A stretch of DNA of 32,000 nucleotides, taken from assembly GCA_029715105.1 (NCBI GenBank), contig CP085695.1, positions 180,001 through 212,000 of the forward strand, given 5' to 3'. The translations under genes and the position numbers were made by a program. Origin of the DNA: Candidatus Saccharimonadota bacterium. Its GTDB lineage: Bacteria > Pseudomonadota > Alphaproteobacteria > Rickettsiales > Anaplasmataceae. Under the pieces are notes generated by a model, which was not told the DNA's origin, did not search any database, and saw nothing but the letters and a program-made list of their open reading frames with translations. This document shows, in pieces, positions 26,546 through 32,000 of this stretch; position 1 is the stretch's first letter; each line of letters opens with the position of its first letter.

Positions 26546-28093
26546 ATGAACAAAAGTTGGCCGCTTCAAGAAGCTGAAAAAATATTGCAAAGGTTTCCTG
26601 ATAAAAAAGAGATAATATTTGGAACTGGATATGGACCTTCAGGTTTGCCACATATAGGTACTTTTGGAGAAGTTTTTCGTACAACTGCTGTCGCAGATGC
26701 ATTAAAAAAGATATCTCCTGGTATAAAAATTAAAATTATTGTAGTATCTGATGATATGGATGGTTTGCGAAAAATACCTAATAATATTCCAAATCAGGAG
26801 ATGCTAAAAAAGCATTTAAATAAACCACTGACTATGATACCTGATCCCTTTGATTCTCATGAGAGTTATGGTCATCATATGAATTCGTTGTTATGTAAAT
26901 TTCTTGATTTATTTAAATTTGAGTATGAATTTAGAAGTGCTACGGAGTGCTATAGATCTGGTGTTTACGATGAAAAGCTCTTGCTTTTGTTAAAAAATTA
27001 TGATAAAGTGATGCACGTAATGCTGCCTTCGTTTCGAGAAAAAAGACGGAGAACTTATAGTCCATTTTTACCGATATGTCCGAGAACTTCTCAACTTTTA
27101 CAGGTTCCAGTAATTGAAAGGAATATAGATAAAGGAACAATTACATATAAAGATGTAAATGGAGAAAAGGTAGAAGTTCCAGTGACAAAAGGGAGATGCA
27201 AATTGCAATGGAAATCTGATTGGGGAATGAGATGGGCTGCATTTGGTGTTAATTATGAAGCTCATGGAAAAGATTTAGTTCCATCTTCTATACTTTCAAG
27301 TCAAATATGTAATATCCTTGGAGGAAAACCACCCCTTTTATTTTGTTATGAGTTTTTTCTTGATAAGGAAAAAAAGAAGATATCAAAATCAAGAGGAAAT
27401 GGTATTTCAATTGAAGAGTGGCTTACTTATGCACCAGCAGAAAGTTTGGCTTTGTATATTTTTCAGAGTCCTAAAAAAGCTAAACGTTTGTGTTTTAGTG
27501 TTATACCAAAATCAATTGATGAATATTTGCATCTTGTTAGGCGCTATAACGAAAGTGGAAAAGAAGATTTAAATAATCCTGTCTGGTATATTCATCATGG
27601 TAGTGTTCCTAATATTGAAATTTCTGGTATGAGTTTTTCTTTGCTTTTAAATTTAGCAACAGTTTGTAATGCCGAAAATAAAGAAATTCTTTGGAGTTTT
27701 GTATCTACTTATTTATCGAATATTACGCCAGAGAATAATAAGATTATTGATATGCTTCTAGGTTTTGCAGTTAAGTATTATATTAATTTTATTAAACCAA
27801 CTAAGATATATAGGTCTCCGAATGAAAATGAGAAAGAGATATTGTTAGATTTAAGGGAAATTTTAAATTCTCTACCTGTTGCTACCACTGCTGAAGAAAT
27901 TCAATCTTTATTTTTTTCTATCGGAAAAAAATATAATTATAATTTACGTGATTGGTTTCAGTTGCTGTATGAAGTATTACTTGGTCAAAAGACTGGTCCA
28001 AGAATTGGATCTTTTATAAAGTTTTATGGAATAGATAATACTATTTCTCTTATAGAGGGAGCTATTAAACGTACACTTTATTCTTGTATTTGA
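26546..28093 (+). CDS. lysS: Lysyl-tRNA synthetase, class I (archaeal/alphaproteobacterial type)
   Basis: 515-aa ORF with the class I motifs HIGH (GLPHIGTFGE) and KMSKS (KISKSRGNG). Length and layout fit class I LysRS (LysK type) rather than the class II enzyme. Confidence 0.9.
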   Translation: MNKSWPLQEAEKILQRFPDKKEIIFGTGYGPSGLPHIGTFGEVFRTTAVADALKKISPGIKIKIIVVSDDMDGLRKIPNNIPNQEMLKKHLNKPLTMIPDPFDSHESYGHHMNSLLCKFLDLFKFEYEFRSATECYRSGVYDEKLLLLLKNYDKVMHVMLPSFREKRRRTYSPFLPICPRTSQLLQVPVIERNIDKGTITYKDVNGEKVEVPVTKGRCKLQWKSDWGMRWAAFGVNYEAHGKDLVPSSILSSQICNILGGKPPLLFCYEFFLDKEKKKISKSRGNGISIEEWLTYAPAESLALYIFQSPKKAKRLCFSVIPKSIDEYLHLVRRYNESGKEDLNNPVWYIHHGSVPNIEISGMSFSLLLNLATVCNAENKEILWSFVSTYLSNITPENNKIIDMLLGFAVKYYINFIKPTKIYRSPNENEKEILLDLREILNSLPVATTAEEIQSLFFSIGKKYNYNLRDWFQLLYEVLLGQKTGPRIGSFIKFYGIDNTISLIEGAIKRTLYSCI

Positions 28094-28324
28094 GTATCTT
28101 GAAGATAATTATAATTAACATATTTTTGTCATTTGTTAGAGTTCATATCTAAATATAATGCAATTTTAACATCATTTTGTAATAATGTTAATTATTAATT
28201 TTAATTGATGTTTTAATGATACTTTAATATGTATATATTATATGTATAAAAATGAGATATTAGTATTCTGATTTAAATTATTATTAGGGTACTTGTATAT
28301 ATTAGAGCAAGGGTACACATTAAG

Positions 28325-28353
28325 TTGACTTTATATACTTTATATAAAATAAT
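28325..28353 (+). promoter_or_regulatory. Candidate promoter for tRNA-Glu
   Basis: TTGACT (28325-28330), a 17-nt spacer, then AATAAT (28348-28353), ending about 30 nt before the tRNA 5' end. The -10 element is weak and this is a sequence match only. Confidence 0.25.
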
Positions 28354-28383
28354 TAATGAGATATAGCTGGGTAAAGTAGCATT

Positions 28384-28455
28384 GACTCTTTCGTCTAGTG
28401 GTTAGGACACCACCCTTTCACGGTGGTAACACGGGTTCAAATCCCGTAAGAGTCA
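28384..28455 (+). tRNA. tRNA-Glu (anticodon UUC)
   Basis: The cloverleaf was folded by hand. The acceptor stem is GACTCTT/AAGAGTC. The anticodon stem CCACC/GGTGG carries the loop CTTTCAC, giving anticodon TTC. The T-arm is GGGTTCAAATCCC and the discriminator is A. CCA is not encoded. The sequence closely resembles bacterial tRNA-Glu. Confidence 0.9.
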
Positions 28456-28746
28456 CATTATACTTTTATATTATTTTCAATATGAGTGGTTTATTTGTAA
28501 TAAATGAAGGTTTTATTTCATTTGTAATGTTTCAGGTAATTGTAATCCTTGATAAGGACCATTTTTGTTATAAAGATTACAAGTGTTGATGCTCATTTTA
28601 TTTAATGAGGGATAATATTTGATTATATGATTACAAAAAAAAGGGGGGGCTTGTGGGTTGTGTTTATTCTGAATTTTTAGATTTGTTTCTATAATACTAT
28701 CTTATTCATTCGAATAAAAGCATCTTACGATCTTTAAGCATTTGAT

Positions 28747-29841
28747 TTAAGATGTAGAAATTTGTTTATTCGTTTTATTATTAGTTTTTATTAGTTCAGT
28801 GATTTGATTTAGTTGATTCATAAAATCAGTAGCAGATAGCTTTCCTATAAAACTTGATCTTATGTTATTGTTATATTTTATTGAAAATTGAACGTTTTTA
28901 TTAGTTATTTTTTCTGATAAAGAAAATATTAATTTTTTAAGTATATTTGAAATTTTTGGATATTTTTCTTTGTTTATTATAAATGAAATTAGTTCTTCAT
29001 AATTTAATATGATCAATTTAATCTCGTCTTCAAATGAAGATGTAACTAGATTATAGTTTCTTATTTTACCATTTGCGATAAGAGAAAAATTATTACCTTG
29101 AATTAAAAATTTTTCTATATTGAAATGGGCTTTAGAAGCTGAGATGTGATTCATGAAATCATAATTAAACTTGATATCGATGTTTAAGTGATTTTTAAGA
29201 TTTAAAGTATCTTTATATTTATAAATAAGTAAATTAAATCCTAGTTTAGTTTTATTTAGTTTTTCATTGATATAGAATTCAATATAGTTATTACTACTTT
29301 TATCGTTTGTTTCAGTTACAATATAATGCTGATCTTTTGAATTAGAAATGCATTTCAAGCCATAATCTTCGTAGCGAAATGTATTTATAATATGGTGTAT
29401 CATTATTACATCGTTATTTTTGTTAAAATTTATTAAGAAGGGTGAGATATTTAGTTTAAAAATAAAGTGATTATTATTATTTGTATAGCATTTTACATCT
29501 TTTTTTTTGTTGTTATAATGAATTGCAATATCAATTTCGTTGTTTGGTATACTAACATATATCGATTTATTAAATAATTTATTTTTTATTGTTAAAGTTT
29601 CTAGTGAGATAGTTAGTTGTTTATCAGAAAATTTTGGGTTTTTTATGTGAAAAATTAAGTTGAAAGGAAATCCACTAAAGTCATGCAGAATGCTAAATTT
29701 TTTGTCGTTAACATGTATTATTTCTTTTAAAAGATTCTTTATTTTGTATGCAGAGAAATACCAAAAACCACTATAGATTAATAAGAATGAAACCAAAAAA
29801 ATTGCGATATAGTACAAAATATAAGTATAGGTTTTACGCAC
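28747..29841 (-). CDS. Hypothetical N-terminally membrane-anchored protein, GTG start overlapping the ferredoxin stop codon
   Basis: 364-aa ORF with a single N-terminal transmembrane helix (ILYYIAIFLVSFLLIYSGFWYF) and an Asn/Lys-rich remainder. The start codon is GTG, embedded in GGTGCGTAA at the end of the ferredoxin gene (8-nt overlap). It may belong to the alphaproteobacterial DUF2125-like group, but that is only a guess from layout. Confidence 0.55.
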   Translation of the reverse strand: MRKTYTYILYYIAIFLVSFLLIYSGFWYFSAYKIKNLLKEIIHVNDKKFSILHDFSGFPFNLIFHIKNPKFSDKQLTISLETLTIKNKLFNKSIYVSIPNNEIDIAIHYNNKKKDVKCYTNNNNHFIFKLNISPFLINFNKNNDVIMIHHIINTFRYEDYGLKCISNSKDQHYIVTETNDKSSNNYIEFYINEKLNKTKLGFNLLIYKYKDTLNLKNHLNIDIKFNYDFMNHISASKAHFNIEKFLIQGNNFSLIANGKIRNYNLVTSSFEDEIKLIILNYEELISFIINKEKYPKISNILKKLIFSLSEKITNKNVQFSIKYNNNIRSSFIGKLSATDFMNQLNQITELIKTNNKTNKQISTS

Positions 29842-30202
29842 CGTAATGATTATTTCGCTTGTTAAGCGAAATATTTCTTGTACATCTTGGTACTATTACG
29901 TGCAAACCATCAATATCTTTTGTAATTTTTATCTGACATCCAAGTCTTGACGTTTCCGTTAAATTAAAAGCTAGGTCTAACATATCATTTTCTTCGTCAG
30001 ATATAGGATTATGCATTTCTACATTATCGTAAAATTTTGGATCGACAATCACATGACACGTGGAACACGCAAGGGAACCATTGCATGCACCTTCAAGTAT
30101 GTCTGGATTATTTCTACAGGCTAAATTGAGAAGAGTTTCTCCCTCTATAGCTTCATAACTTTTTTTATTTCCATTAGGAAAAGTAAAAAAAACTAGTGGC
30201 AT
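29834..30202 (-). CDS. 2Fe-2S ferredoxin, adrenodoxin/ISC type
   Basis: 122-aa ORF with the cluster-ligand pattern GACNGSLACSTCHV (C-x5-C-x2-C) and a distal Cys in SRLGCQIKI. This is typical of vertebrate-type [2Fe-2S] ferredoxins (Fdx/FdxB). Confidence 0.88.
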   Translation of the reverse strand: MPLVFFTFPNGNKKSYEAIEGETLLNLACRNNPDILEGACNGSLACSTCHVIVDPKFYDNVEMHNPISDEENDMLDLAFNLTETSRLGCQIKITKDIDGLHVIVPRCTRNISLNKRNNHYGA

Positions 30203-30330
30203 ATTTAATTATATATTAAGATATCAATTTTAATTGATATGCAATATAATTTGAATGCATGGATATTGCAAATTTTTTATAATAGACATCCATAACTTTA
30301 TATAGTGATGTGTAAATAACATTAGAGAAA

Positions 30331-31686
30331 ATGCAGTTGAATAAATATAAGAATCAAAATATTGCAGTTTTTGGTCTTGGTAAAACTGGTTTATCCGTTA
30401 TTAATGTTCTGATTAATAGTGGTGCGAGGGTGTATGTTTGGGATGATAGTATTGAAAAAATAATAAGTTTTAAAAAAATATATCGAATGTGTAGTTTTAT
30501 TCACCCAGGTAGGTATTATTGGTCAGAGATGAGAATGCTAGTTTTAAGTCCTGGAATTCGAGTTTCATATCCAGAACATTGGATAGTAAAGCTTGCGAAA
30601 AGTTATGGTTGCAAAATAAAGTCAGATATCGAGTTATTCTTTGAGGTTAAAACCGTTAATCAGAAAGTAATAGGTGTTACTGGAACGAATGGTAAATCAA
30701 CTACTGTGTCGCTAATAGGACATATATTAAAATCTGCAGGAAAAAAGGTAGCCATTGGAGGAAATTTGGGTATTCCTGTTTTAGATTTAGAAGAAGATGT
30801 AGAGATTTATATAATTGAGTTTTCATCTTTTCAATTAGAATTGATTGATAAAGTCAACGTAGATATTGCTATATTACTCAATATAACACTAGATCATATA
30901 GATAGACATGGAAGCGTAGAGAATTATATAGCAACTAAATTAAAATTAATAAAAGGCAGCAAAATTGCTGTGATAGGATGTGATAGTGAGATTACTGCTA
31001 ATATTTTTAATAAATTTACAGGAAATAAAATTTCGATTTCAGCTTCGATGCTATATTCTTTGTTATTTCAGTGTTCTAAAGCTGAGATTCAATTATATCA
31101 TGTATGTGATATAAAAATAAATTTAGTATCTAATGCGGAAAATATAGTAGCTGCATATATTGTGTTATATAAGCTATTTAAAATAGATAATGTTATTATT
31201 GTAAATGGAATTAAATCTTTTCAGGGCCTGAGGCATAGAAATGAGATGCTTGGTAAGATAAAAAATGTGTTCTTTGTTAACGACAGCAAAGCAACTAATG
31301 TTGAATCTACCAAAAAAGCGATTTTATCTTATAAAAATATATATTGGATACTTGGTGGAAGAAGTAAAAGGGGTGGTAATATAGGGTCATTATGTAGTAA
31401 GTATTTTACGAGAATTAAGAAAGCTTTTTTAATTGGGGAATCAACGAAGATATTTGCAAGTATTATGAAGAGAAATAGAATAGATTATGTAAGATGTTTT
31501 AATTTAGAGAATGCATTTAGAATAGCTTTTAAGGAAGCTATAAGAAGCAAAGAAGAGATATTTATATTGTTTTCTCCTGCATGTTCTTCTTTTGATCAAT
31601 GGAAGAGTTTCGAAGAACGTGGCAATGCCTTTTGTAATGCATTTGAAAATTTAAAGCGTGATTATAATAATATACGTATTGTTTAA
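30331..31686 (+). CDS. murD: UDP-N-acetylmuramoyl-L-alanine--D-glutamate ligase
   Basis: 451-aa ORF with an N-terminal Rossmann-like motif (IAVFGLGKTGLS) and the Mur ligase ATP-binding P-loop (GVTGTNGKSTT). DHxDRHG-like and C-terminal Mur ligase blocks (NDSKATN) are also present. Confidence 0.9.
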   Translation: MQLNKYKNQNIAVFGLGKTGLSVINVLINSGARVYVWDDSIEKIISFKKIYRMCSFIHPGRYYWSEMRMLVLSPGIRVSYPEHWIVKLAKSYGCKIKSDIELFFEVKTVNQKVIGVTGTNGKSTTVSLIGHILKSAGKKVAIGGNLGIPVLDLEEDVEIYIIEFSSFQLELIDKVNVDIAILLNITLDHIDRHGSVENYIATKLKLIKGSKIAVIGCDSEITANIFNKFTGNKISISASMLYSLLFQCSKAEIQLYHVCDIKINLVSNAENIVAAYIVLYKLFKIDNVIIVNGIKSFQGLRHRNEMLGKIKNVFFVNDSKATNVESTKKAILSYKNIYWILGGRSKRGGNIGSLCSKYFTRIKKAFLIGESTKIFASIMKRNRIDYVRCFNLENAFRIAFKEAIRSKEEIFILFSPACSSFDQWKSFEERGNAFCNAFENLKRDYNNIRIV

Positions 31687-32000
31687 TAGGTATTATGTTA
31701 ATGATATGAAGCAAGATGAAATAGGTTTCGATAATTGATAAATTAATTATGGTTATTCGCTTAAAGAAGCAGTGAGTAATATAGTTTTGTTTAAGATATG
31801 TGTTGAACTTGGTTACTAATGGTTTTCATAAATTCCAGAATGGGGTTGTGATGCTTTGGAGTATATAAGTATAGAAAAAAAATTTAAATGGTAATGAAAA
31901 TTAAGTTGAAAAACTTTAATTAGAAAGTATGAAGATGCATGAACGGATAGAAGAATTATCTATTCAAACAATATTTCTTTCGGATTACGCTAGTTGCCAC

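Noticed and set aside
26940-27572. ORFs 26940..27140 (-) and 27318..27572 (+) inside lysS
   Set aside because: They are embedded in the well-supported class I LysRS frame and have no independent evidence.
28398-28589. 63-aa plus-strand ORF (MVRTPPFHGGNTGSNPVRV...)
   Set aside because: Its 5' part is simply the translation of the tRNA-Glu gene (28384..28455). The tRNA call explains the sequence.
31929-32000. Open frame starting at ATG 31929 (MKMHERIEELSIQTIFLSDYASCH...) running off the right edge of the window
   Set aside because: Only 24 codons are visible, and there is no recognisable motif or ribosome-binding site. It cannot be distinguished from chance, though it may be the start of the next gene.
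1-32000. Search for CRISPR arrays, IS elements or transposases, integrases, phage genes, rRNA, tmRNA, RNase P and SRP RNA
   Set aside because: I saw no regularly spaced direct repeats, no terminal inverted repeats flanking an ORF and no transposase or integrase-like translation. None of the conserved RNA motifs I can recognise by eye were present. The tRNA-Glu is the only structured RNA gene supported.

Overview
Very AT-rich, low-coding-density window with the hallmarks of an obligate-intracellular alphaproteobacterium of the order Rickettsiales. These are a class I lysyl-tRNA synthetase, a split 'rvh-type' type IV secretion locus, and long non-coding spacers. I cannot assign genus or species without a database search. 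All genes from 64 to 26253 lie on the minus strand. In map order they are sucB, an RluC-like pseudouridine synthase, argS, a 789-aa porin-like outer-membrane protein and a compact pantothenate cluster (panB, a Rossmann/DUF2520 putative ketopantoate reductase, panC). An 885-bp non-coding gap follows, then the main accessory block, transcribed as virB3 - virB4 - four tandem enlarged VirB6 paralogs (803-1043 aa) - a 178-aa orphan ORF. Right of the divergent virB3/lysS spacer are class I lysS (+), tRNA-Glu(UUC) (+), a 2Fe-2S ferredoxin overlapping a GTG-initiated membrane-anchored hypothetical protein by 8 nt (-), and murD (+). The points most worth follow-up are listed here. (1) Three of the four VirB6 paralogs begin with lipoprotein-type signal peptides and share a large Cys-rich extracytoplasmic domain of unknown function, and VirB6-4 has extra expansions. 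(2) A panB/putative-KPR/panC cluster without panD, which as far as I know is uncommon in this kind of genome. (3) A porin with a coiled-coil N-terminus and a roughly 190-aa insert. (4) Unusually long spacers carrying small GC-rich palindromes, a tandem 13-bp repeat, homopolymer tracts and a possible orphan small RNA. I saw no CRISPR array, IS element, prophage or rRNA gene.
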